This document shows positions 41,520 to 53,560 of a stretch of DNA of 53,560 bases, one piece after another. Each line of letters opens with the position of its first letter. Position 1 is the stretch's first letter. Location: assembly GCA_048213135.1 (NCBI GenBank), contig PS015104.1:86847-140406 (forward strand), given 5' to 3'. This DNA comes from Reclinomonas americana ATCC 50394 (taxonomy: Eukaryota). Both the position numbers and the translations under genes were made by a program. The notes under the pieces are model-generated. The model did no database searches, was not told where the DNA came from, and saw nothing but the letters and a program-made list of their open reading frames with translations.

Positions 41520-44500
41520 GAGAGAGAGAGAGAGAGAGACGACGAAGAAGAGAGAGAGGAGACTGAGAGACGAAGAAGAAAGAAAGAAAGACCTCTTTCT
41601 CCTCCTCCCCCCGCCCCGTCCCCCCTTTGCCTCTCCTCTCTTCCTCCCTCTCACCACCATTCGCATCAGGATGGACCTCTGGTCTCGGCTGCAACGCCGA
41701 CCTCCGCGTGCTGGATCTGGACACCCGCTCGTGGCACGTATTACAGATCGAGGGCCCACACGTTCCACGACCCAGCTACCGTCACGGATCGTTGAGTGCA
41801 CTGACACGCACACACAAAAGGATGCTCATTCACTTACTCGCTGTGTCTATCCGCGCACAGCACGACGATTCTCTCCAAAATGTACCTGCTTGGCGGGTGC
41901 GAACCGCGCTCGAATGGAACACTGCGTCGACACGGCACGCTGTACGAGGTCGATCTGAACACGCTGTCGTCGGTGGCCATTGCCAGCTCGCGCTCCAGTG
42001 CCGATGCACCGCCGCCGTGCAGCAGTCTCACGCTGGAGCACTGTGGCAAGCTGCTGGTGCAGTTTGGCGGCTGGGACGGCAACACCAACAACAGCAACAT
42101 TCACATTCTCGATGCGCGAGTCGGCACGTGGTCACGACCGCCGGTACGTGGCCGGCCACCACTGCCGCGCTGTCGGCACGCCTCGGCGTCGCTGCCGGAT
42201 CAGATGCAGCTGTTTGTGTCGGGTGGCATGGCGCTGGGCGGTCGCACACTGGACGACTTTTACATGTTTGACATGCGCAATCAGTCGTGGCTGACGCTGC
42301 CGTCGCTGCGCACGGGCGGCCACTTGTCGCGCTGCTCGCACACGCTGACGCCCTACCAGGGAGACTTTGTGTGCGCTGGCGGCTATCACCACTCGGAGAA
42401 GGCCGAAGGCATTCTCGGCGACCTCATCTTCTTTGACACCAAGAAGAGCGAGTGGTATGAGCCGCACTTTTCGGAGACCTGCGAGCCGTTCCAGCCGCGG
42501 GAGAGTCACACGTGTTCGTCAGGTAAGACAAAAATGAGGGAAAAGTGAGGGAAAGGAGTGGATTGTGTGACCGTTTTCTTTCTTGATTTTGCCTGCTCTC
42601 TTTTTCTCTCTCTCGCACTACATCATGTGCAACATGACTTCTGCCATTTGCAGTCTATTCACCTCCGAATCAGATCTACCCACCTTGGATAACACCTCGC
42701 GCATCACCGTGGCATCTGTTTGTCTTCTCTGTTTCTTTTCTATCGCCGTCATTGCTTGCCACGAATTTCCTTGACTTTCCATTGGTATTTTGTCGGCTTT
42801 GCTGTTTCTCATCGCTCTCTCTCTCTCTCTCTCTCTCTCNNNNNNNNNNNNNNNNNNNNNNNNNNNNNNNNNNNNNNNNNNNNNNNNNNNNNNNNNNNNN
42901 NNNNNNNNNNNNNNNNNNNNNNNNNNNNNNNNNNNNNNNNNNNNNNNNNNNNNNNNNNNNNNNNNNNNNNNNNNNNNNNNNNNNNNNNNNNNNNNNNNNN
43001 NNNNNNNNNNNNNNNNNNNNNNNNNNNNNNNNNNNNNNNNNNNNNNNNNNNNNNNNNNNNNNNNNNNNNNNNNNNNNNNNNNNNNNNNNNNNNNNNNNNN
43101 NNNNNNNNNNNNNNNNNNNNNNNNNNNNNNNNNNNNNNNNNNNNNNNNNNNNNNNNNNNNNNNNNNNNNNNNNNNNNNNNNNNNNNNNNNNNNNNNNNNN
43201 NNNNNNNNNNNNNNNNNNNNNNNNNNNNNNNNNNNNNNNNNNNNNNNNNNNNNNNNNNNNNNNNNNNNNNNNNNNNNNNNNNNNNNNNNNNNNNNNNNNN
43301 NNNNNNNNNNNNNNNNNNNNNNNNNNNNNNNNNNNNNNNNNNNNNNNNNNNNNNNNNNNNNNNNNNNNNNNNNNNNNNNNNNNNNNNNNNNNNNNNNNNN
43401 NNNNNNNNNNNNNNNNNNNNNNNNNNNNNNNNNNNNNNNNNNNNNNNNNNNNNNNNNNNNNNNNGCCTGTGCGTGTGTTCGGACTTGTTTGTTGTCTGTT
43501 TCCTCTTCTGCTACGCCTCTCTGCCTGTCTCACTGTTCGTGTGCTTGTCGCCGTCCCCGGGTTCTGCTTGCATTATTTCTTTTGTTTCTCAATCCCTTCC
43601 CCTAACCCTCCCTCCCCCTTTCCCCCCTCACAGGCTACGGCGGTCGCAAGCTGCTCTACTTTGGAGGCATGTCAACAGCGGCGCACTTTCAGGACATGTT
43701 CCGCCAGGTCGACTGCATCGAGGCGCCAGACAAGTGGATTCACATTTGTCGGCGCATGAATGGTGCGGCAGAGACACACACCCAATTCCTTCTCTTTTCC
43801 TGTGTTTCTTCTCACTGTTGTCGATTGCAGCCTCCGTGTCACGTGTGGAGCGACAAATGAACCTCACCAGCCTGATGCAACACATGGGACGCGACGTGTC
43901 GGAGCTGGAGCGCCTCGATGCCGAGCAGTTTGAGAAGACAGCACTCCTCGCGGCCTCTCACAGCGGCACGGTCAGCCCAAACAGCACAGCCTCTGCGTCG
44001 ACGGCGCCAAGCTCCGCCGCAGCCGCGCTGGCCGCCCATCCACCGTCACTCTTCCGTCAGCGTGTGCAATCCAAGCAGCGCATCGCCTTTCTGAGCCGCA
44101 CCGAGCGCTTCTGGAACACCTCCGTGGAGAAGATGCAGGAGGCCGTGACACGTCTGGTGAATCCGCTGGCCTCCAATCCGCTGCGCAGATTAGGTCGTCC
44201 GTATTCAGGTGAGCGAGATGGACAGTTTCTGCTTCTTCCGCGCATCGGTTCTCACTGCCCTTCATAGATGGCGCGCTGAAAACGCTGATTTGTGGCCGTG
44301 AGCGTGCTCCCGACGGAACGTTGATGCCGCGCGTCAAGTCTCCACTCACCAGTTCCGAGGATGCGCGAAGGTGCTGCTGCTGCGCCTGTATTCCTGCTGA
44401 TGACAGACTCACTGACTTGATTTCCACCTCCGGCAGGCGCTCCATTGCATCTGGTCAGCAGCGCCGGTCACTGGTGCTTTCGCCACAGCAACGATCGCCG

Positions 44501-47500
44501 TCGCTCACCGGTGGAAGATCGGGAGGTGAGCGAAGAATGCATTCTCTCGACATGGACCGCTGTCACTCACTGAGCTTTGTACAGATGGCCTGCACTCGCA
44601 CAGTGTCGTTGCGTACGGAGTGAATCTGTTGGACCTATCACCTCTTGCTCACTATCCTTCCCCCTGCAGTCGATTGTAGTTGATTCGGTCGCGAGTCCGC
44701 GATCCGACAGCCCCGAGTCGCCGACGACGGCGGCCACCATGGAGGCGATTGGTCGCAGCCAGCAGCCGTCCGCCAATCGACTGCGCGCCGCCGCGGCACA
44801 CTCGCGCTCCATTTCCGCCACTCCCACGTCACGTTTGTGGGCCGCCGACGAGGACCAGCGGCGATCGGCGTCGGTGATCCCACGGCCCTTCACGTCGCCC
44901 ATGTCGACCGAGACGTCGGGAATCGTGTATGTCGACCTCATGTTGCAGCACAAGAGTCCCAATAAGCACGGATCGCGAGTGGAGCCGTTGGACGAGTACT
45001 GCCAGTCGCCGTTTGTGCCGGCAGACGCGTTGGAGGCTGAGGTTTGTGTGAGGACGTGCGCGCTTGGTTGTCTTCTCTTAATGTCATTCTCACAACTCGC
45101 GCGATGCAGCCGTCTGTTGAAAGCGCCAAGGTATGTCAGTCACTGATTTTGTGTGCACATGGCAGAGGCTTACTTACCTTCCTCCATACGCAGTACTTCC
45201 CTGTCGCCCCTGCCGTCACAGAAGAACTCGAGCCAGAGTTTCCACATGCGCGAAGGTCTTTGGCGCGCATTCCTCCCAGTTGTGTGGTTGTGATGCTTTC
45301 CTGACACACCTTGCACACGCAGCCGGGCAGCTGCGGAACACGAGATCATGAACCGACGTGAGAAACGTGCCGAGCGGCTGGAGCTCGAGCGTGAAGAACG
45401 CGCACGACGTGAGCGTACGAATCCGGATCTGTCGCAATTTAAGGTTTGTTTCATCATAATTTCGGTGAAAGCTGCTGCTCTTATATATTGACCTTGTGCG
45501 TTTGTATCAGGTGCCCGACATTGACGACTTTGTCAACACGGAGCGACCTCCCGAGTATTGGGTGGAACGGCTGGAGGCCATTGAGCGGAAACGTGCTGCA
45601 CGTCGAATGGCTCGGAGAAAAGGTGCGCGCGTGCTCGCTCGCTCAACCAACCCCTTGATGAACTGCACGCTCACCTTACCGATGCGCGTTACAGGCCTGA
45701 GTATTCCGTACGATCCCGACGATGATGACACACTGCTCACCAAGGAGCGTCTGGGACCGACAAGCAGTGCCCCGAAGAACATTGCCGTCGATCAGCAGTT
45801 TGTCACGGCTGCGAATGTTGCGTTTGCCGCATGGACCCACTGGAACGAAATGTGCATATTCTCACATCCATTGCGCAGATTGTCAAGCGCGTGGAAGAGG
45901 CGCTTACCTCTGAAAAGGCACGCATGCTGTGGAGAGAGTGGCGTGTCGTGGTTGAAGTTGCTCACGTGTGTGCATCTCCTGCAGGCATTCGACTTTTGGG
46001 TCATTACCGACACTACACGCGTGATCACGGAGCGCATTGCAGGCTACCGGCGCGTGCAGACGGCCAGCACACCCGAGGATGTTGCGTCGCAGCAGTGCTG
46101 CTCCTCGCAGGGCGAATTGTGCTGACCTCGTGGGTGAACAACATTGCAACTAGGTCATGCGCCGGTGCATCCAGCTGGCCGAATCGCTCGCCAAAATGTA
46201 CGCCCTGCAGCAAGACCGCGCCGAGTCGACGAAGGAGCGCAAGAAGGTCGCCGCACGTGCTGGTGTCGCCCGTCGTGTGGCGTTTGAACTGCGCAATGCC
46301 ACGGTGCTGAGTCAAGAGTTTGGTATCCTCCGCACGCACGCATCAGCATTGTTGCATTCGCGCTAAAAATCGATGTTGTTGGCGACAGAGATCCAGATGC
46401 CGCACTGGGGCGCACTGGGCGAGCGTACTCTCACAGCACTGCTGCACGTCGATTCGGGAAGAAGACGGGTGAGGGTGGGCGGGGAGCTCGCTCCGTGTCG
46501 GCGTCACCTGCGCCGGGAGGACGTGGTCGGCTGCCTGCTGGTGAGTGTGGAAGTGGGGAAAGGGAGGAGGGGGAAAGCGAGGAAGAGGGGAAGGAGGAAG
46601 AGGGGAAGGGAGGTAGAGGGGAAGGGATGAGCGGGAAGCGATGGGCGGGGAAGGAAGGGAGAGGGAAAGGTAGGAAGAGGGGAAGGGAGGAGGGGAAAGG
46701 GTTAGAGCGGAAGGGATGAGAAAGGAAAGGGATGAGCGATAAGACCGGGAAGCGTAAGGGAAGAGTGGAAAGGGGGAAGAGGGGAAGGGATGCGAGTGGG
46801 GAAGGTTGAATGAAGAGTGATGAAGGAATGAGAGGGAAGGGTTGGGACGGTATGTGTTGAAAGGAGGGGAGGGTAAAAGATTTGGGGAAAGGGTGAGAAG
46901 GGAAAAGATTGCAGGGGAAGCTAACGGGAGAAGAGGAGGGGAATGGATGAGCGTGCGCAGAGTGAGAGCACACCAATGCAGAACACGGAGTGTGTGATGC
47001 GACAGAAATAAGATCACTTCTCAGCGATTGCAAGGCTGAAGAGTGGACAGCGGGATGTTCGTAGGGAATTCTCTCGGCTGAGGAATATTGGTGTGGAAAG
47101 ACAGGTTAAGCACGAGGTATTGAGTGAGCGGTCAGAGAAGTACCTGTGGGAAAGAAGTGTTGATCCCGAAAAAGACGGCGATCTTCCTCTTCTCCTGCAC
47201 TTTTACTTCTGCTGTATCCGTGTGTACTTTCCCATTGGACTCGTTACTCATGCGCACTCACCACCATCTCTCACGCAGCGGGCGGAGGCGACAAGAGCGC
47301 CTCAAGCTCACGCGCCACCACACCCAAGGAACCGAGCACGCCCACCTCCGCCACCTCCACCTCCTTCTCTCAATTCCTGCCCATCCTCGACCAAAAGCTG
47401 CAGCAACTGAGCATGGCCAGCCACGTACTGCGCAGCTCACTCGGCAGCGGCTCGGCGGACCTGTCGGCAGACCAAGTGGCCAGTCCACTAGTCGGAAGTG

Positions 47501-47625
47501 TGCTGGTCGCCATTGATCGCGACAACAAACCTCCTGCTCGATCGTCCACCCTCGATAAGCCACCATTACTTCCGCATCATGCGCGGTCGACAAGTGGCAA
47601 GCAGCCACCACCAGCAAGAGAATAA
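40807..47625 (+). CDS. Kelch-repeat protein with long low-complexity/helical C-terminal region, multi-exon
   Basis: Kelch motifs LIGHSANVIEHSLFTYGG, PRPSYRHG, MYLLGG, LVQFGGWDG, PRCRHAS, LFVSGG, RCSHTL and PRESHTC. Downstream exons link by GT-AG (and one probable GC-AG) introns; 3' end approximate. Confidence 0.8.
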
Positions 47626-47679
47626 AGAGATAACGAACTTGAGCAGGACAACACGTGGTGGTCAGTGATTGAGAGTGGA

Positions 47680-47861
47680 ATGCCTGTGGGAGGAGGTCGA
47701 GGCTATGCCCACTCCAGTGAGCGATGGTGGTGCATGCAGACACCGATGAAAGCCGGTCTCACATGGCTGCTTCTCTCGGCGCTCTTTGTGTTTGTCGTGT
47801 ATGAGGCGCGATGTGGGTCGTCGACGAGTGGATTGCGCAGTGCAGGTGGGTGTGAGAGGGA

Positions 47862-47959
<98 letters not shown>

Positions 47960-49728
47960 NNNNNNNNNNNNNNNNNNNNNNNNNNNNNNNNNNNNNNNNN
48001 NNNNNNNNNNNNNNNNNNNNNNNNNNNNNNNNNNNNNNNNNNNNNNNNNNNNNNNNNNNNNNNNNNNNNNNNNNNNNNNNNNNNNNNNNNNNNNNNNNNN
48101 NNNNNNNNNNNNNNNNNNNNNNNNNNNNNNNNNNNNNNNNNNNNNNNNNNNNNNNNNNNNNNNNNNNNNNNNNNNNNNNNNNNNNNNNNNNNNNNNNNNN
48201 NNNNNNNNNNNNNNNNNNNNNNNNNNNNNNNNNNNNNNNNNNNNNNNNNNNNNNNNNNNNNNNNNNNNNNNNNNNNNNNNNNNNNNNNNNNNNNNNNNNN
48301 NNNNNNNNNNNNNNNNNNNNNNNNNNNNNNNNNNNNNNNNNNNNNNNNNNNNNNNNNNNNNNNNNNNNNNNNNNNNNNNNNNNNNNNNNNNNNNNNCAGC
48401 ATGCTCCCTGCAAGCCTTCCGCGAGCCACCACTGCCGGCGTTCTCCAACTCGACCGCAGCCCTGGATGCACTGGCCGATCGCCTCTTTGCGCCGTACATT
48501 GCGCGACACGCCAACGTGCGAGAGCGCTTCCGCCAGAGTTCCGACGATCCCGCGCTCCGGTTTGTAGTGCTCGACGACCCGGAGGGCGCCGGTCTCGGGA
48601 ACAGCTTGCAGACGGCGGTGTCGGCGTTTGTGCTGGCCGTCCTCACCGATCGCACGCTGGTGCTGCACCCGCGCAGTCAGCGCTTCCGACGACTCTTCGA
48701 TCCGGCCAGCGTCAACTGGGAGCTGCCGGAGCTGAGTGTGGAGCACATGGAGAATCGCAAGCAGGTGCTCACGCTGGACCAGCATCATCCGCACCTGTAT
48801 CAGTCGATGTTGTGCGACGACCTCGACGACTTGTACGGCGACACCAAGTACCTGGTGGTCAGCGGCAATCAGTACTTTGTGGAGCTCATGCGGCACAACA
48901 AGCGCTGGAAGCGGCGCTTTGAGGAGGCCTTTGGCCCCTTCCAGGGTCGCATCTTCCGGCCGGCCATGCGCGCCATGGTGCAACCGACCAAGAAGGTGCA
49001 GGCGCGCGTGGATCAATTCATGCGACGGCACTGGCGCGAGGCCGACAATGTGTCAACCATTGGCCTGCAGATTCGCACCAACACCATGTCGGGATTCGAC
49101 TGGGGCAAGAAGCTCACCACCGATCAGCTGGAGACGTTTTTCAACTGCGTGAAGCGCATCGTGTATGGCGGCATGCTCAAGTCGAGCGACTACCAGGTGT
49201 TTCTCGCCACCGATTCGGAGGCGGTGAGAGACCGGGCCAAGGTGGTGAGTGGCGATGGTCGACGGACATGAAGAAGGGGATGATGTGTGTTTGTGTGCTT
49301 ATGCGAGCGCCTGCAGGTCTTTGGCTCGCGTCTGCTCTACCGCAACATGCCGGTGAAGAGGGACGCCACGGGTGAGGTGGACGCCTTGGTCGATCTGCTA
49401 CTGCTGACGCAGACGGAGCAGGTCAGTGGTCGTCGACTGTGGCAGTCGTGCTGTGTGTTGCCCTCGCTCACTGCGTTGACAGATGTTTGTGTCGGCCGGT
49501 TCGACATTTGGGTGTGCGGCGCACGCGTGGGCGGCGCTGCGACCGTTTGTCATCATGGGCGACGATCAGTGCATGCAAGACGTGAACACCGAGCCCATCA
49601 TGCATCAGTGGGGCAAGGCGCTTGTGCTCAATGCGGATGTGGAGGGTGGCGGCGCCATGTGCATGCCGAGGGAGGAGTTCCAAGACGAGCATGTGATCAA
49701 TCATGTACATCGGTGGAGCTTGGGGTGA
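47680..49728 (+). CDS. Type II membrane fucosyltransferase (GT37/GT23-like alpha-1,2/1,6-fucosyltransferase fold)
   Basis: N-terminal TM segment LTWLLLSALFVFVV. Motifs GLGNSLQTAVSAFVLAVLTDRTL, IGLQIRT, VFLATDS, ALVDLLLL and STFG. The start codon could be a later ATG (~47733 or ~47746). Confidence 0.82.
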
Positions 49729-49944
49729 GGGAGAGGGGGTGGAGCACATAATGAATCGAGTGAATAAAGGGAGTGGAAGGGGAGGAGGAGGGGGAGGAGG
49801 GGGAGGAGGAGAAGGATGGGGAGAAAGAAGAATTTGCAGCGGAGGAAGAGAGGGAGCGAAGAGGAAGGGAAGAAACACAAAGGAGAAGGGGACAGAAGAA
49901 GCAGAGCAAGAACAATAAGTCGGCAGAGGACGAGAGAAAGCGTT

Positions 49945-50370
49945 AGCGAGACAGACTGAGAACGAGTTCAAGGGACGCAGTCTGAGGAAGAGTTGGTGAC
50001 GACTCGGAGGCACGCAGCGCGAGAGAACGAGCGATGCGACGAAGAACGCAAGGAAGACAGCATGCAATTAAGAGCGCCACAATAGTTCGCCAACGACGAC
50101 AGGAGAGTGCGTGTGTGTGCAAGGGAGAGAAAGTGTTTGCGCGACAGACTGGGAACGAGTTCAAGGGACGCAGTCTGAGGAAGAGCAAGAGAGGACTCGG
50201 AGGCGAGCAGCGCAAGTGAAAGAGCGACGTTGAGCGACAAAGGAAGACGTCATGCTGGCAGAAGAGCACGCCACAACAGTTAACGACAGGAGTGCGCAAG
50301 AGAGGCGAGGCAAGCAGTGCGAGTGACCGAGCGATGATAGCGCGCAACTGTTCGCCAACAATGACTGGAA
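49945..50370. repeat. Degenerate tandem repeat (~195-bp unit, two copies plus a fragment)
   Basis: GACAGACTG.GAACGAGTTCAAGGGACGCAGTCTGAGGAAGAG at ~49950 and ~50143, each followed by shared GACTCGGAGGC, AAGGAAGAC and CGCCACAA.AGTT blocks. Confidence 0.85.
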
Positions 50371-50679
50371 TGCGACGGAGTGAATGATGGAAGCTCACAA
50401 GGTACCACAAGTGATGAGCGATGAGAGCAAGACAGAGGATGACAACACAATGAGGAGAAGAGCAAGCAACAGCACAAGGAGCATCTGAGAACAAGGGTGA
50501 TTCTCCGAGCAACAAAATGCAATCAGTTTGCACAGGAAAAAAACATTCACAACGCGGGTTCACTCATGACGAGTCATCTGCGGCCGCCTCCAAGCCCTCA
50601 ACAACCATGTCCGCCTCTGCAACAGATCGAGAAAAGGAAGTGAGAAAGAGATATCCCGATGACTCTCCTCTCACACACG

Positions 50680-50796
<117 letters not shown>

Positions 50797-51850
50797 NNNN
50801 NNNNNNNNNNNNNNNNGTGCGTGCAGGATTGCCTGGCAGGTGACGCAGATCGGAGCGCAAGCACTGATTATGCAGAAGCTGACGTCATGACTGTCGCGTT
50901 TTGTGATGCAGGCTACTTTTGCCCGTGCTGCTCCATCATCCAGTCAACGACGGCGGTGGGAGGCAGCTTGGCGGGCTCGATGGCAGGTGCTATGGTCAGT
51001 GGCATGTAATGTGCACGACGGCAGCGAGGGATCATGATGTCGATCTTTTTACTGTGATTTTTTGTAGCTGCGACAGTTGCTACGAGTACATCATGTGTGT
51101 ACGTGTGTGTATGTGTGTGTGTGTGTGAGAGAGAGAGAAGAAGAAGGTCAGAAAGAAGCACGTCATCTGAGCGGAGTGACGAAGAGCACATGTACAGCGA
51201 TTAATATTTTTCCGACAGACTTGCTTGCAGTATTGATACACAGAGTCAACCCACCCTGCAGACAGGTGCGTATGGAGACAAGTCAGACACAGGCAGAGAG
51301 GGAGAGGAAGAGAGGGCAGCGAGAGGGAGCGATGAGAGAAGCCATATCGAGGGAAGACGAATGCAACGCTGCGCAGAGTGAGAGACATTGAGAGCAAGCA
51401 TCGCTCTCGAGATGTATCCAAGTCAGAGAGAGACAGACCACATGCACAAGGCAAGCACGAACAAAACGGCGATCGAGAAGAACCAAGTTTTCGGAAATTT
51501 GATTTCGCTCCATTTTGTGCGATATCGATTCCGCGCGCGAAGAGTGTTTGCAATCCACCCGAGAAAACAACATGGAAGAAGATCCGCAGGTGACTGGTCT
51601 CTGTGACTGCTTCAAGTCCTGCAAGCTGTGGTGTGTTTGTGTGGCCTGTAATGCGTGCCAATGCATGTGTGTAGTTCAAGCGATTTATTGTGTGCATGTG
51701 ACTGTGCAGCCTTTGCGGCACGTTCTGTTGGTGTCTGGTGGCTGGCAAGAATGCACAGATGATCTCCATGGTGCAGTCGGGTAACATTGATGTTATGGAG
51801 CTGAGCCAGAAGTGCTCGTGCCCCATTTGTGTCGAGTCGTGCCTGAGGTG

Positions 51851-51908
<58 letters not shown>

Positions 51909-52666
51909 AGAGTGTGTGTGTGAGAGAGAGAGAGNNNNNNNNNNNNNNNNNNNNNNNNNNNNNNNNNNNNNNNNNNNNNNNNNNNNNNNNNNNNNNNNNN
52001 NNNNNNNNNNNNNNNNNNNNNNNNNNNNNNNNNNNNNNNNNNNNNNNNNNNNNNNNNNNNNNNNNNNNNNNNNNNNNNNNNNNNNNNNNNNNNNNNNNNN
52101 NNNNNNNNNNNNNNNNNNNNNNNNNNNNNNNNNNNNNNNNNNNNNNNNNNNNNNNNNNNNNNNNNNNNNNNNNNNNNNNNNNNNNNNNNNNNNNNNNNNN
52201 NNNNNNNNNNNNNNNNNNNNNNNNNNNNNNNNNNNNNNNNNNNNNNNNNNNNNNNNNNNNNNNNNNNNNNNNNNNNNNNNNNNNNNNNNNNNNNNNNNNN
52301 NNNNNNNNNNNNNNNNNNNNNNNNNNNNNNNNNNNNNNNNNNNNNNNNNNNNNNNNNNNNNNGAAGAAGACTCTCGTCCAGTCAATCCTCCCTGCAAGCA
52401 GGCAAGAGAGGAGAACAGGTCAACACGCACGCAATCTCACTGTGTGTGTGAGTGAGTGTGTACGAGCTGAGTGAGACCACCCACGAAGGGTGGACTCACC
52501 TCATCGACACCGGTGTGTCATCAAAGTGCACCACTTTGATGGGAGGTTCAGCCCGCGCTCAGCAAACACCAATGACCGCGAAAGTGACGTCACCGGACAG
52601 ATTTTGTCCGCACTTCACTATCAAGAAACTAAAAACTCCCCTGCTCCTGTTGCCCCTGCTCCTGTT

Positions 52667-53460
52667 CTACGACCAGCCAGCAATGATACCGACAAGGGTC
52701 ACCACCAAAGCCACGGCCGCCAAACCAATGACGATAAACGCAGTCACGTCGGAGCTGAGACCGCGTGTGGTGTACGGGGTCGACAGGTCGATGCGTTGCT
52801 GCTGCAAGTGCTGCCGCGCGCCGAATTTCTGCTGCAGAACGCGCTTGGAGCGCAGCTGCAGCAGTGCCGGCGTGACAAAGGCAATCATGAAGCCCGTCAG
52901 GCCCGTGTACTGGAGAATCGTGTTGAGCTTGCGCACGAGCATGGCGCCGACCAGTGGCGGCACGGCGGCCAGCAGGCGGAAGAAGACCTTGCGCCGCTTG
53001 GACGGCGCCAGGCCAGTGCGCACCGAGGGCGTGAATGCGGCAAGCAGATTGTTGCCGAGCGTCAGTGCGTTCAGCGGAAACGCCGACACGACGTCAATCG
53101 CTGGGAACAGCACGACCACATACGAGACTAATCGGGCCCACACGGGCACATTGGAGCCGAAGGGCGCGGCGCCGCGGTACGTGGAGAAATTCAGCGAGGC
53201 AGTGGGCGAGATGTTGCGTCCCCAGTAGAGGACCATGACCACCCCGAGAGTCGTGTACATGCCAAACGTGGTGGCCATCACCGAGCCGAACACGTGAGGC
53301 AAGCGGCGCTTGTTGCGCATCGGTTCCGACAGGCCCGGCACGCTGTGGTGCATGATTTGCGAGTACATGACGACTGGCAGAATCAGTGCAATGCCCACCA
53401 GGCGAAACTCCTCGAAAAAGCCGTAGTATGGTGGGGAGGTGTGGGCAGGGGGGTCGTCTG
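52667..53460 (-). CDS. Amino-acid transporter (Aa_trans/SLC38, TMEM104-like), 3' part; 5' end beyond the window
   Basis: Multiple TM helices with YSQIMHHSVPGLSEPMRNK, VVLFPAIDVVSAFPLNALTLGNNL, FRLLAAVPP and ILQYTGLTGFMIAFVTPALL. Confidence 0.85.
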
Positions 53461-53560
53461 TGAATGGGAGACTGATGAGCGGAAGGGCGGAGGATCGAGA
53501 AGGGAGGAGAGAGAGAGAGAGAGGAGGAGAGAGAGGAGGAGGAGGAGGAGGAGGAGGAGG

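Noticed and set aside
50411-50488. GTGATGA...CTGA resembling a C/D-box snoRNA
   Set aside because: No terminal stem and no recognisable rRNA-complementary guide; the purine-rich background makes a chance match likely.

Overview
Gappy draft genome of an intron-rich eukaryote, probably a protist (inferred; the taxon cannot be identified from this window). It carries many (CA)n, (GA)n and (CT)n microsatellites next to N gaps. Manual splicing recovers about 11 genes: a PD-(D/E)xK-nuclease-like plus protein kinase gene with Crinkler/CR-effector-like architecture (-), a secreted GH92 alpha-mannosidase with micro-exons (+), an ataxin-2/Pbp1 homologue (-), a beta-propeller plus coiled-coil protein (-), a low-complexity protein (+), a helical ARM-like unit (-), a full-length IP3 receptor (-), an intronless WD40 ORF (+), a Kelch protein (+), a GT37-like fucosyltransferase (+) and an amino-acid transporter (-, partial). 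The strongest unusual signal is in the splice code. More than 20 introns begin GTTGCGT or GTTGAG, which is the local GTGCGT/GTGAGT donor with an extra base at +3, and a few carry two extra bases; most were checked by reading frame. This points to a variable-register 5' splice site. Also notable are a ~95-bp element upstream of two unrelated genes, a possible spliced C-terminal extension of the IP3R, and a possible WD40-Kelch fusion. All gene models were built by eye without RNA data.
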